A stretch of 64,000 bases of DNA from Macrostomum lignano (Eukaryota). Of the stretch, positions 1 to 12,692 are shown piece by piece. The first letter of the stretch is position 1. Every line of letters begins with the position of its first letter. Under the pieces are notes generated by a model. It made no database searches. It was given only the letters and a program-made list of their open reading frames with translations, and had not been told where the DNA came from. The translations under genes were made by a program, and so were the position numbers. The stretch covers positions 558,001 through 622,000 of the forward strand of contig NIVC01000212.1 in assembly GCA_002269645.1 (NCBI GenBank), given 5' to 3'.

Positions 1-775
1 GATGCCTGCCGCCATCGACAACTGGAATCATTTTTTTCTGGGCTTGTAATCCAACACGAGGAAGGGCCAATCGAGTCACCCTACAGCTTTATCTGCACTG
101 TTTTCCGTGAGTCTGGCGTTCGCGAATGCTGCCACTGCAACAGTTTGCGAGATGTATTGCCACCGACGTACTCCTCAGAATTGCCTCCGCTGCTTGTTGT
201 TGCTGTACCCGACTCTGTCGATAGAACTGTTCGAGTCTCATTGGGAGAACGAGAGGTAACTCCCTTTCGGAACAGCCCTGCTCGGTGAGTTCTTGCACTC
301 TATATATGTACTCTACTATCGTCTGATTACTTGTGTTAGCTAGCTAATGCAGGGCTGCTGTGCTGGACCCGAAAAAGGAAGTGTCAAGTACTAGTAGTTG
401 TTATATACACTGTCGATCAATATTATTTTACTTATCGATCAACAAGCTACGAGTACAATTTTTATGCTCTCAGACGGAGAACACATTTGCAGTTCTAGAT
501 ATTGACTTTACTAGAAATAGACACTCATTTTTGTTCAATAAGTAACTTGTTTATTAAATTAAATGTATCATTATGTTATGTACAACTAAATATTTTTCAG
601 ATACAGACTGTTCTGCTCGACATACTTTCAAGCAGAGCGTGCGCACTGGGTAGCAACTATACATTCTGACGACGGTAGCGTCCTAAACTATGACGACCTC
701 GGGACTACCAGTGGTGCGCTGCGACGGCAACGAAATGTAGGTCGCCTAAACCTGGCGATGTACGCTTTGTTTTAA
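1..775 (+). CDS. 3' end of a USP/C19-like cysteine peptidase (partial, 2 exons in window)
   Basis: Frame 1 is open from 1 to 284 (...RECCHCNSL...ELPPLLVVAVP...), ending at donor CG|GTGAGT. Acceptor TTTTTCAG|A at 601 is phase-compatible and gives RYRLFCSTYFQAERAHWVATIHSDDGSVLNYDDL...LF* (TAA 773-775). This resembles the USP His-box plus YDD catalytic region and the LPxxLV motif. Not in the ORF track because no start codon lies in the window. Confidence 0.6.
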
Positions 776-2036
776 CTATGTTCGCTAGTGCTTGGATAAG
801 CTACGGGTTTTCGCTTTACCAGTGCCTACTCATGTCTGATGTCATACCACGCACCCACATGAAGGCGTCTTCCCGCCGCACCCTGCTTGAATGGCAAAAT
901 GTCTTTGTCTCAGCGCCTTTTTTCATTCTTTTTGTCACATCACTGCTTTTACTTTCTTTTCTATATAAATGACCCACATGTGTATCATAATTTTTGCTGC
1001 TACTAATCCTACTAATCCAGTTATTGTTTTGTTAAGTAGTTTGTCGTTGCCACTAGATCATCGGTTCCTACAAGATTTTTAAAATCTCTTATAAACAGGA
1101 TTGATTAGTCAGGGTGCACACGAAACATTCTGCACATTAATCGATTAACATTTTAACTGACTATGAATCCGTTGGCATGACTTCTTAGGATAGGCCTAGT
1201 AGGAAGGCTTTATTGTGCTTGATAGCGCCTAATTTGACAATCTTTTTTATTAAATAGCAACGTAGTACGCTCGTGCGCCTTGTATGTATTGTTTTACCTT
1301 GTATGCCCAAGGTGTTGATTATTATTGAACTTACCATCGGGCCTCAAATGCATAAGCCATCTTTTTTCGTAGCCTAAATTTGTTTATCCACAAAGTAAAT
1401 ATATAAAGAACTGTTTACGAATTTCAAGTTCCGGTTCTGAATATTTTTCAATCAGATTTTGACGGTCCGACTCGTTTATTCGTTTTGTCAGTCGTCATAA
1501 ACATAGTATACGAGTACTGTATTAGTATAATTGATAACTGACTGATATGGCGAAAACTGAAAAGAAAAGTTTACGAATTGATCATGCTACTAACTTTTCA
1601 AATGCTGAAGGGAAGTAGTTTTTGAACTGAAGAGTGAGCACTTTTTTGCAGGATAATAAGTAAAATAGAAGCTGAATAGAATATATTAATGGAGAGCTCA
1701 CACGGTTAAACGTTTCACCTTACGATCAAGTTGTCAAACGTAGGCTCGTATATGAGTGAAGTTATGTGTAATGACAATGCAAAAGCACATCAAAGCGAAA
1801 GCTAAATAAAAAAAGTGTAGTACTATTGGTATCAGGGGTCCGCTATATCCTGCGTAAGATGATCGTATGGCAACTCGTACTTATAAACATGAAGCATAAG
1901 GAGTACACCCCTTAATTGACAGGTGTCAATTTAAGCTATTGAGTTAAATTCACAAGTTTCGATTGCACAAAAGCGCATTCATATGGTGAGCAAAAATCAT
2001 CAAATTATTCTCGTCCCTGCAATTCGCAACATAAGT

Positions 2037-3254
2037 TTAGTTGATAAACTTATGTCTTGGGCGCAAAGGCCTACTTGTGCGACTTATTTTGGCTGTCGTA
2101 TTTCCGTCTTTCTTGTCAGTGTTCACAAATTTTGCCGATCGCTTTCTCGATAAAGATAATTGCTCTCGCTGCCTCTCCAGCTCTCGCTGCTTCTCCAGTT
2201 CTCGCTGCTTCTCCAGTTCTCGCTGCTTCTCCAGCTCTTGCTGCTTCTCCTGCTCTTGCTGCTTCTCTAGTTCTCGCTGCTTCTCCAGCTCTTGCTGCTT
2301 CTCCAGCTCTTGCTGCTTCTCCTGCTCTTGCTGCTTCTCTAGTTCTCGCTTCTTCTCCAGCTCTCGCTGCTTCTCCAGTTCTCGCTGCTTCTCCAGTTCT
2401 CGCTGCTTCTCCAGCTCTTGCTGCTTCTCCTGCTCTTGCTGCTTCTCTAGTTCTCGCTTCTTCTCCAGCTCTCGCTGCTTCTCCAGTTCTCGCTGCTTCT
2501 CCAGTTCTCGCTGCTTCTCCAGCTCTTGCTGCTTCTCCTGCTCTTGCTGCTTCTCTAGTTCTCGCTGCTTCTCCAGCTCTTGCTGCTTCTCCAGCTCTTG
2601 CTGCTTCTCCTGCTCTTGCTGCTTCTCTAGTTCTCGCTGCTTCTCCAGTTCTCGCTGCTTCTCCAGCTCTTGCTGCTTCTCCAGTTCTCGCTGCTTTTCC
2701 ACTTCTGACTCTCCCTGCTCAAATTCTGCTCCCCTCGCAGTAGACAATTGAGTAGAATCAATCACGTTTTTTACCTGATGCACACACGCAAAAGATATTT
2801 GAATTATACTACGTATTTCATCAGGAGCTACGGATACAGCCAACTCCAGATGATCAAGTGCCTTTGTTACATGCTGCTTTGCAATCACAGCTGAAAGCTG
2901 CGAACTCTCTTCTTCCAACTTCCAACCATTATGTTTCAACCACTCTTTTCCGGCAGCAGCCGCTTTCGCTCGCTTGGAATGGTCTTGGTGACAATTCGAT
3001 GATTTTTTTCTATGTCGAAAAATTGCTACACCATCACGGTAGGCCAGAGCTAAACCATTTTCCGAAATATAATTGACATTCGTTCCAGGAGCCCTTCGAA
3101 GCAGAGAACCGGACAGTGGAATGTTTAGGATCTGAGCAGCTACACGAACACAAGTCGCTGTTAGTCTGATGCCCACGACCACTTCCTTGTCCGGAAAGGG
3201 TAAGGGCAGTTCTCCTTTTGGCTCAAAGACCGAAAAAGGATCGTTAATGAAAGC
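2037..3254 (-). CDS. exon of an uncharacterised protein with a (QRELEK/QQELEK)n coiled-coil tract
   Basis: ORF 2037-3182 extends without a stop to the acceptor ATTTCAG|GCT at 3254 (phase 0). An 18-nt repeat at ~2161-2705 encodes about 30 six-residue E/K/Q units. The non-repetitive flanks are also open. Upstream exons were not identified. Confidence 0.55.
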   Translation of the reverse strand, partial: AFINDPFSVFEPKGELPLPFPDKEVVVGIRLTATCVRVAAQILNIPLSGSLLRRAPGTNVNYISENGLALAYRDGVAIFRHRKKSSNCHQDHSKRAKAAAAGKEWLKHNGWKLEEESSQLSAVIAKQHVTKALDHLELAVSVAPDEIRSIIQISFACVHQVKNVIDSTQLSTARGAEFEQGESEVEKQRELEKQQELEKQRELEKQRELEKQQEQEKQQELEKQQELEKQRELEKQQEQEKQQELEKQRELEKQRELEKQRELEKKRELEKQQEQEKQQELEKQRELEKQRELEKQRELEKKRELEKQQEQEKQQELEKQQELEKQRELEKQQEQEKQQELEKQRELEKQRELEKQRELERQREQLSLSRKRSAKFVNTDKKDGNTTAKISRTSRPLRPRHKFIN

Positions 3255-3481
3255 CTGAAATGAATTATATAACTTTTATTACATGCAAAAACATGCTTCC
3301 ATAACATCGAAAATAACTTCAAAGCGTTGACAGAAACATAGTGACATAAGACAAGTGTACAGTCACATTTACTTCACTTTTTCTTACTTAAACAAACTCT
3401 ACTAAGCAAATACTGGACTTGGTTAAGTGAATCCTAGCATTGAAGATAAGAAAAACAGGAAAACCATGAATTACTACTCAT

Positions 3482-3930
3482 ATAAGAAAGGACATGACTG
3501 GAAGTAGCAGATATTAACAAGAAACATGAAAAACATGAATTATCATGTTTATATGATTTACATTACTCAGATATGAAAGGACATGAGTGGAAGTAGCAGA
3601 TATTGACAAGAAACATGAAAAACATGAATTATCATGTTTATATGATATACATTACTCAGATATGAAAGGACATGAGTGGAAGTAGCAGATATTGACAAGA
3701 AACATGAAAAACATGAATTATCATGTTTATATGATATACATTACTCAGATATGAAAGGACATGAGTGGAAGTAGCAGATATTGACATGAAACATGAAAAA
3801 CATGAATTATCATGTTTATATGATATACATTACTCAGATATGAAAGGACATGAGTGGAAGTAGCAGATATTGACAAGAAACATGAAAAACATGAATTATC
3901 ATGTTTATATGAGATTATTACTTAGATATA
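3482..3930. repeat. 89-bp tandem repeat, ~5 copies
   Basis: ATATGAAAGGACATGAGTGG... recurs at 3571, 3660, 3749 and 3838. Confidence 0.9.
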
Positions 3931-5523
3931 AAACTTAAAAAGGCACGAGTGGAACTAACATGGAAGCACTTGATGTTGAGTGTATATTATACACAGAAAC
4001 AGATTTTGTTTTTTGTGAATATGAGTTATCTATCAAATATATAATTTGGAGATTAATATAATTATTTTTGTTATTGATTTAAAGAATATATTACATTCTA
4101 GACTTGTAACTCAAACAATTATATTAAAAATGAGCCATAGCTATATGTATGTTAATTAAAAAAAGACTAAAAGTTTTGCCTATTGAACTTATTTTTTTCA
4201 AGTTAGCTAAGAATGAGTAAAAAAGAAGCATTCTAACTATATTGAAGCTAATGGTAATATTTAGCTTGTAAGGCCTAACATGTAAATAGAATAGAAACAG
4301 AAATAGAAAATAGAAAATAGATTGTAAATAGGCCCTAGCTACTAGAATTTTGTATTTTTAAATATCAATAGCTAGTCTAGCTATTAGGCCTAGTATTATT
4401 ATTACTTTGTTAATTGTATAGAAAAGTGACAATAAAGTTGGATTTAATATAAAGCTCCTCTAGTTGCATGCATCATATTCTGAATAAATTTGAGTCATAC
4501 ATGACATAATTCATAAGAAGGTGCATATGTAGAGTTCTGTATGTATAGCCATAGCTAGCTATTATTGTTTGAAATATTAGTGTTACTGAGTGTTAATATA
4601 CATAGGCATATATATAGATTATAGAATATATTGAGTGATTTGATTACAATCTTAAAGTGACAATTGTCATGCCAGTTTTTAATATTTCTAAAGGACACAT
4701 ACAATTACATATCCATCAACATGGACATTGTCACATTGATAGTAATTTATGAATTGGTCCATTAGTCTATTTAGTAGACAAGCTTTGCAACAAGTTAGAA
4801 TTTAATTTTTTACGATTGCAAAGTCGTAATCTTGACTGTAAGTCGTAATGACTGGTGTCTGAGTGACAATCAAGTTATTTCACTTCGCCACTCAGTTGGA
4901 AATTGTGGGGCATGTACAGAAATTTACTTATACAGTAAAATTTTGACCCTGCTTCTTTTTACCGCATTGGGGCATTAGCCGCTAGTCAAGAAAATGGTTG
5001 GGGCACGCTTTTACCTATTGGAATGCTGAATTTCAAACTAAAGGTCACACTACTCTAAGAAATAAAAGCCAATGAACCAAAGTTTATTATGCATATTAAA
5101 GATAAGACTTGCATCTAATTTTTTTCCATTTGGGGCACAATTATACTGCGCCAATACAGAGCAATTCTCTAGCCCCCTTCCAGCCACCCTTCAGCCGCCC
5201 TAAAGCCAACTTTCACTGCCAGATTTTCATAGAAACAGCATCGACCATGCGAAACATGTTTTGGGGTAATCAATTAAGAGCATATGTGATTCATTTTTAT
5301 AAAAATTACACCTGGGGCACTCATTTAAAATTTCGGTGTGGCTGGAAGGCGGCTACGGACATGTCAGTCCTAGTCAGCTGCCTTTTACCCCTAAGCTGCT
5401 TAAAACTCATTATCTTATCTTGAATTTGAAATCACGGACGGGATTCACACCATCGAGACGCTATGTTACACACTGACATTCAAGGTGCTTCAAAATTAAT
5501 TCATAATTACTATAATATTTCAG

Positions 5524-8059
5524 ATCCCTGGCAATCACTCGACCTCTGTCGGCTTTGAAAAGTTCTCGACCAAGTCGAGCGCCAAAGATTGGCTTGGTTG
5601 TCATCTGGGTGCTGGCAGGTAAGATATTAAGAAATGTCAAACTGATCATAAACTGCAGATTTGCCAAGCTAAAAGTGACCCTGGGATTTCAGTTTATCTA
5701 CGGCACAGCTTCGTATTTGATGCAACTTTTATATACTCGTAGGTATGGAAATTATCAGATGAAGAATATTTTATCAGTTCAAACTTTTCCACTTGCTACT
5801 TCTAGGACAAAGGTCGGCTAACTCCAGCCCGCAGGCCACATGCGGCCGGCAAAGATTCTTTATCCAGCCCTCGGGTCCTTTGAAACTTCTCTGCTCTCCT
5901 CTCCTCTCGCTTCTCTATGGTCCATCTATCCTCTCTCTAGCTCCTCGCTTCTCCATACTCTACTCTCTCCTCTCTCTAACTCCTCGCTTCTCCATACTCT
6001 ACTCTCTCCTCTCTCTAACTCCTCGCTTCTCCATACTCTACTCTCTCCTCTCTCTAACTCCTCGCTTCTCCATACTCTACTCTCTCCTCTCTCTAACTCC
6101 TCGCTTCTCCATACTCTACTCTCTCCTCTATCTAGCTCCTCGCTTCTCCATACTCTACTCTCTCCTCTCTCTAACTCCTCGCTTCTCCATACTCTACTCT
6201 CTCCTCTCTCTAGCTTCTCGCTTCTCCATACTCTACTCTCTCCTCTTTCCTCTCCTCTTTGCTATCTCTTCTCGCCTCTCCTCTCTCTCTCTCCTTTATC
6301 TTATCTCTTCTCTCTTCTATATCCTCTCTCTCATCTATGGTCGATCTCTCCTCTCTCCTAGCTTCTCGCTTCTCCATCCTCTACTCCTCTAAAAATGTTC
6401 GTCCTTACAGGCTCCAAGCTTATCTAAAAAAAACTGAGTGTACAGCGTCCTTCAGCTTCATAATTTGTTCATGCATCAAGTTTTTTAATATTTATACAGT
6501 ACTCAGTCATTGGCTTGCTACGAAGAACTCAATATCAATATCCCATATTCTCACCTGCGCAGCTCTACTCTCAATTCCTTGGACTCTGGGAGCGCACATT
6601 GTGGAGAAACGAATGCCTGTGGCAATGTCTCAACTACCGGCTGGCAACTGGAGCGACTCGCCTGTCGTCAACATCACCGGCTGCGTGTCAATCCGCAGCT
6701 GCTTCCCGTTCCCAGACGCTTGGGGCGCCGGCTACCAGGCTGGCATGCTGATCGGCAAGCTGCTGACCTACTACCTGATCCCCGGGCTGCTCATCGCCCT
6801 GTTCTACGGCAAGATGGCCGGCTATTTAATCCGCAGCGCCGGCAACAGAACCGACGGAACGGCCGCAGCGAACGCGGCTGCTACCACTAGCGCCACTGCG
6901 GCACTGGAAGGTCGCAGGAAACTGGCCAAACTGTCGCTGTGCCTGGCTCTGGTGTTCTTCGTAGCCTGGGGCCCCGACTACCTGGTGATGCTGCACTTCT
7001 TCTTCTGGGCAGATCGGGTTAGCGCGCAGTTTCTTCGGTTCAAAATGGTGGCCAAGGTGAGTAGTTGATTCGCGAGATGACAAAAGATTGAAGATGTTTC
7101 AGGAGACTAAGTTAACGAAATGAAGAGCGGCCGTGTCCATTACGAGTATCAAAGCTCTGTTTTGGTTTTTTGGTTCAATCAGTCTAATGGAGACTAAATG
7201 AGTTTTAGACAGGATTTTCGACGATTGCGCACTCTGCACTGCCACGGTCGAGTAGGGTATTCGGCAGTAAAACTGCCGCTCTGACACGTACATGTACTGT
7301 ACAACATTCATACGTCAGTCGACCTTACCGCGATGTACCTGACGTCAATTATAGACGCCTATAAAGGGCGTAAATGTGATCGTTATAAAAGTCAACACAA
7401 AATGCAAAATAAAAATAATCGTCAGCTACCATCGACTTTGAGGACGTCTGAAGCACAATTCACGTTTCAGACTACATGTATATGCAATGTAGCATCAGCA
7501 TCCGCTTTACGTTGCCACTCGCTCTGCACTGCACTGCTTTGAGATAATGCAAACCAGCGGCTGGTTCTACTAACTACAACTAATTATAAGCTTAAATTGT
7601 TGCATCACTAAGAGTGAATGCGTTGACCGACGTTCATATACAGCGTACGCTCGTAGGTCTAATTAGTGGTTATATTAACTTCGGCTCGTGCAGGCACTGT
7701 GACGAATATTGTAGAGTTAGTTCAAATACATGTAAACCTGAACTATACTAACAGTAGCTAATGAAATAAAAAATGAAAACTAATTGCAGTTGCTGCCCTC
7801 GGCCTATTCCGCCAGCAATCCAGTCACATTGTGCATTATCAGCCGACGCTTTCGGCGCCACCTAATCAGCGCTCTGACGTGCGCGCGCTTCGGCGACGCC
7901 TCGGAATCGGAGACGGCCGACGGGCTTCGCCAGCAGCTGCTGCGGCATCGGCTGCAGGAGCAGCAACAGCGACTGCTGCTGATGCAGCGGGCCAGAGAGC
8001 GTCAGAGGTCGCTAGGCGCGGCAATCGCCGCAGCTGCGGAAGACCAGACATTGGTCTAA
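5524..8059 (+). CDS. class A neuropeptide GPCR, bombesin/CCHamide/endothelin-receptor-like (TM3 end to C-terminus; 5' exons not found)
   Basis: Phase-compatible exons: 5524-5618 (RSLAITRPL...VIWVLA), 6563-7056 (ALLSIPW...YYLIPGLLIALFYGKMAGYLIRSAGN...RRKLAKL...FFVAWGP) and 7790-8059 (LLPSAYSASNPVTLCIISRRFRRHL). LIRSAGN and RRKLAK resemble GRPR LIQSAYN and RKRLAK. Confidence 0.8.
5890..6390. repeat. 39-bp pyrimidine-rich minisatellite in the GPCR intron
   Basis: Unit CTCCTCGCTTCTCCATACTCTACTCTCTCCTCTCTCTAA. Confidence 0.9.
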
Positions 8060-9004
8060 ATCGTCGATGGAGAAAATTCTACATAACTTTGAGAAAGCGG
8101 CTAGAAGAACATGCGTAACTTTGTCACTTTTAAAAGCGCCGTTCAGTTGGATCGCCAGTCGTGTCCTGTAAAATACTGTAAATTAAAAGTGCATGTAAAC
8201 TGCAGGATCGAAAATTGTGTAAACTTTAGTGTGTACACCTGTACAGCAAATCCGACGTTGACCCAAAGTCTGTCGACGTCGCTGTATACTTCGTAATGGG
8301 TACTTTTGACGTATACAGTACGAGACACCCGTTATCAGTCGGTGTAATGTGACAATACGGTCATCATTGCCATATTGCCATCGTAGTCCCATCGCGACGC
8401 GACGTCATTGTCACATACACGTACATTTCAAGGACACTGCAGTATAACGGGACGCATTCGTATACTCAAGAATCGTGTAATTTTTTCTGGAGGCCGATTT
8501 CCTGGAAGAAATTTCCTTTTAAGGTAAATTAAGGAATGGTAATCTTTACTGTCCCGATCAAAACGAAAAACTGCAGAATTTTCCTGGAAATTAGCGTCCA
8601 AAAATTACACAAACTTCGAGTTTCACGCCCTGTTATTCTACAGTGGTACTTGGTACATGTAAGATACATCAGGTACATGTACATTCATTGTACATTAAGT
8701 ACAGTTGCGCTGTTAAAACAAACTTCGTGTAAACTTTAAAGTTTATTGAATATTGAAATATACTCAAATATACTTAAAAGTATGATTTGTCGGAATTTGC
8801 AGCGAATCCAGTGCGGAGGAGGACAAAGAATCAAAGTAACAATAGAACCGCAAGCGGATGTGACATGGAAGCTTAAGGACAGAAGCACATAAAAAAACAG
8901 TAGGAAAAAAACAGCAAAATGCACTTCAATATACTCAAGCAATGTCCACTACCGTCAAATGCTGCCTGAGGCGGTAGCTACTTAATCATCACAAAAAATC
9001 ACAT

Positions 9005-10613
9005 TTAAATTTTCCCGGCGCCCCAGCTCTGCGCGTGAAATTGCAACACAAAAGCGGCGCTTCGGTGGCGCGCTCGACAGGCCAACAATTCGGAGTCAGT
9101 CATCCGGTTAAGATCGCGACAGGGACCGGCCTCGCCACCTAGACCGGCGTCCCAAGAGAACGGATTAAATTGGTCCGCTGGGAATAGGCACACCTGGCCG
9201 TGTTCAGCATCCGTATCTCTGGCTTTTCCATAGCGCTCTAGCGCGTACATGAGCAGCTGCGGCCCGGTGGTCAGGTCGACCGTCTCCTGGACGGTGACAC
9301 CAACCAGACGGGCCCGCTCAGCCATCGCCTCCAGCACCGTTAGCCAGAACGGGTGACCCCGACGACGGGCGAACATCAGCGAGTTCTCTACGTAGGGCCG
9401 TCGGCCTGGACGGCCGCTCCGTCGCATACTGCTGAGTAGGACGCCGCAGTTGCTGAGCGACTGATAATCGGCGATGCTCTTGTTGATTTGGCTAGCAGCC
9501 TGGCGTGTGTGCGAGTAGTTGAATGGCTAGAAATGAAACCGGATTTAGTGCGATCCATTTCAACCAGTGGCGTACCGAGGAATTTTTATTACAGAAGGGC
9601 AGGCCTTGTCTCTTTGGAGGGCGCCCCTGTCTCTTGGAGGGCGCCCCTGTCTTTTGGAGGGCGTCACTGTCTCTTGGTGGGCGCCCCTGTCTCTTGGAGG
9701 GCGCCCCTGTCTCTTGGAGGGCGCCCCTGTCTCTTGGTGGGCGCCCCTGTCTCTTGGTGGGTGCCTTGTCTCTTGGTGGGCGCCCCTGTCTCTTGGTGGG
9801 TGCCTTGTCTCTTGGTGGGCGCCCCTGTCTCTTGGTGGGCGCCCCTGTCTCTTGGTGGGCGCCCCTGTCTCTTGGTGGGTGCCTTGTCTCTTGGTGGGCG
9901 CCCCTGTCTCTTGGTGTGCGCCCCTATCTCTTAGAGGGCGCCCCTGTCTCTTGTTGGGCGCCTCTCTTGGTGGGCGCCCTGTCTCTTGGTGGGCGTCCCT
10001 GCCTTTTGGTAGGCGACCCTGCCTCTTGTTGGTTGGCGCCCGTCTCTTGGTGGACAACCAAGAAAAATTATATGGTGACAAATTACTTCTGTGTACAAGA
10101 CGTACATAGCGCCGGGCGAATTGTAAACCGTGTTAATGTACTTTCAGATCCACACACCTGGCTAAACAGGACATGCTCGAATGGCTGCAGGCACTCGTTG
10201 TCCAGGTCAGTGTACAGACCGCCGTAGTGGTACAGGTAAAGGTAGCGCACAGAGTCAGCTCTTTGAATGCTCTGAGTGTAACGCAGATAGTGATCAAGGA
10301 AGTCTGGCGCCTTGTCGCGTACAAGCAGCAGGTTGTCTTCATCTGACCAGAGCCAATGGTGCCAGGCTGGGAAGCAGGACAACCAGCTGGCGCGCCAGAC
10401 CGTAAATCTGGTAGGGATTTGGTTGGCATTGCACCACGACTGGTGAACAATGCGGGCGACTGGCCCAGCAGTTGGTGGAATGAAATCAGCTGGTTGCTGT
10501 GGCTGGAGCAGCGGCTTATTTTGATGTTGGGACTGCACCAACAGCAGGAATATCAGGGTGAAAGCAACCATACCTGCCACTAGTAGACTGAAGAGCCGGC
10601 GGCGACATGGCAT
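9005..10613 (-). CDS. GT32 / DXD-motif glycosyltransferase (OCH1/SUR1-like), type II membrane protein, ~316 aa
   Basis: Exon 10613-10158 has an N-terminal TM, RIVHQSW, WSDEDN, and RADSVRYLYLYHYGGLYTDLD with a DLD motif; donor CAG|GT. Exon 9499-9005 has NSLMFARRRGHPFW, TTGPQLL and HAQSW. The phase 0 junction is consistent. Confidence 0.85.
9605..10050. repeat. ~21-bp minisatellite (CCTGTCTCTTGGTGGGCGCCC) in the glycosyltransferase intron
   Basis: Directly visible; same unit as the array at 35085-36020. Confidence 0.9.
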
Positions 10614-12692
10614 TATGAGCAAAGTTGAAATTGTGGTCTCTAAATTAGACTTTATGCATTATGTATAGATCTATTCATGCTCTTTAGTACCTTAACTTAA
10701 ATGCCAGGTCTTATTTATTATGGAAGTACCTGCAAAATGTATGCAATGTATAAATTAACTTTTGAAAGGAATTTGAATGCTTTACAATTTTGTATCATAA
10801 TGTCATTATGACAAGTAGATGGCAGGCATATAAATATAATAGTAATATTAATATTTACTAAATATCATTCTAGTTTTTTAGAAATGACTTAAGAGAAACA
10901 TAAATATACCTTTTAAAAGTTTATTTAAAAGTACTTTTCATATGTCTTAGACCTAAGGGTTCTCTGGTTGCTAAACTTCCAATATACTAAAAATGAGTTG
11001 TCTGTATGTATCATATGTATGTGGGTATGTCCACTAATAAGCTATACTAGATTTGTTTGCATTCTGTTTCTAAATAGTTATTTAGAACAATAGATTATTA
11101 CATTTGTTGATCTCAATGTCTATAACCTATAGGCCTATGATATCCATTGCTATCTTATACATGATCTATCTAGCATAAGATCATGACACTAGAGATTCTT
11201 CTATAGTTGAAATTCATAATTTCAATCCTTTTGATTTTGAGTTTTGTAAATTCCTAATTCCTTTTTCAAAAAGGCCCATTGGCCTAGCTTTCTTAACTAT
11301 TAGGCCATACTGTTTGTAATTCTAATAGAAGCAGTTAAAATAACTATGTCATGATATGAAGTTAAATGAAGTTAAAAGTTAAAGTGCTTGAATATTTTTA
11401 TTATGCAGAGATAGCAAAGGTAAGCCTAGGACCTAGTTTTAACTATGTACAAATTAGTTAGTTGCTCTAACTTCTTAGTTGGGACTCAGAAAGCCATTAT
11501 TAATTTAGTTTAGACATAGAAAGCCATTGATTTATTATCTAGCTCTTGTTCTATCTATATTGTTAAATAATAAGCCTACAAATTAAAGCTCAAGGTAACA
11601 ATATATAGAGCTTATAACTATTTATAGAATAAGCACTACTTATATTAATAGAATAAAATGCATAGAATTAATAGGCAAAAATTGGATTATTTATTTTGAA
11701 GGTCTATTTTAATTTCAATATTCAAAGTTTAAAAAAAATCAATTTTTTGCATAGTTAGTTAAACTAAATTTAATTGTAATTATAAGATAAACAATAACTT
11801 GAGATAAGATTTACAAGAACTGGTGAGGGCATAATATTAGATTTAGAGTGAACATATTATATTACCTATTTGCTACTTTCAAGAATTTATAGAACTGGAC
11901 TACTGGAAAAAGGAAAAAACACAAATACCCAATACAATACTGACTATTAGTATTAGAAGAGGCTGAGGCAGAGGCTAACAGCGACCAGTCAGATCATAAT
12001 GTTAGCACTTAAAATGAAAAAAAATCGGAGTGACTTAATCAGTTAAATTCGTGCCGAAATCGATGAGAAGAACGCACAAGTGAGAGACATTGTCTATTAC
12101 TCATTCAATAGCTAGCTTGAAAAAGGATTGGTTAATTATTCTGTCTTTTTAGCAGCTTTAAGTGACAATTTTTAGGCTAAAAATTAATAATTAATAGAAC
12201 TGTGATGTAAACAAACTCCCACGCAAATTTATTTCCCACCGATTTAAACCAAGGACTACAAGCATTCACAGCTTGGCACAAATTAAATCTTGCCTTGTGG
12301 AAGTGTAGCTCGTCTAACAAATAGTAAGAAAATAAACGTCAACAAAAACATAAAAAGTAAACTTTGTTTAATTCTAGCCAACGTCAAACACAAGACGTCA
12401 TCAGGGCAAATTCAATCAACCTAAGATCACACCACCAATATATTTAAGCAAAAATCACTGTACAGTCCAGAGACGGGTCAAAACAGTCCGGTAGAATTTA
12501 GAAAGTGCCAAGTACACAACAAAGTGAGAGAGAGAAAAAATAATAAATAGGCACGGCTCTGCTCACAGTACTCTTAGCTCACGCTCTACCCCATTGTCAG
12601 CAAGCTGCACATTCAGGTTGGGTTTGTGCATTCTGATATACGAAGCTTCAATAATCTTAAGCTTATGGTCGAATTTGCACCCATCAAGCATC

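Noticed and set aside
5808-5880. Charlie/hAT-like left end (CAAAGGTCGGCTAAC...GGCCACATGCGGCC)
   Set aside because: No matching right TIR or TSD found; at most a fragment.
5793-6392. Long ORFs over tandem repeats (also 9488-10227, 19270-20232, 20690-21782, 26134-26518, 27226-27990, 34994-36253, 49311-50219, 50998-51425, 52392-53481 and most of 54540-55043)
   Set aside because: Stop-free by-products of repeat units, open in several frames and mostly located in introns of supported genes.
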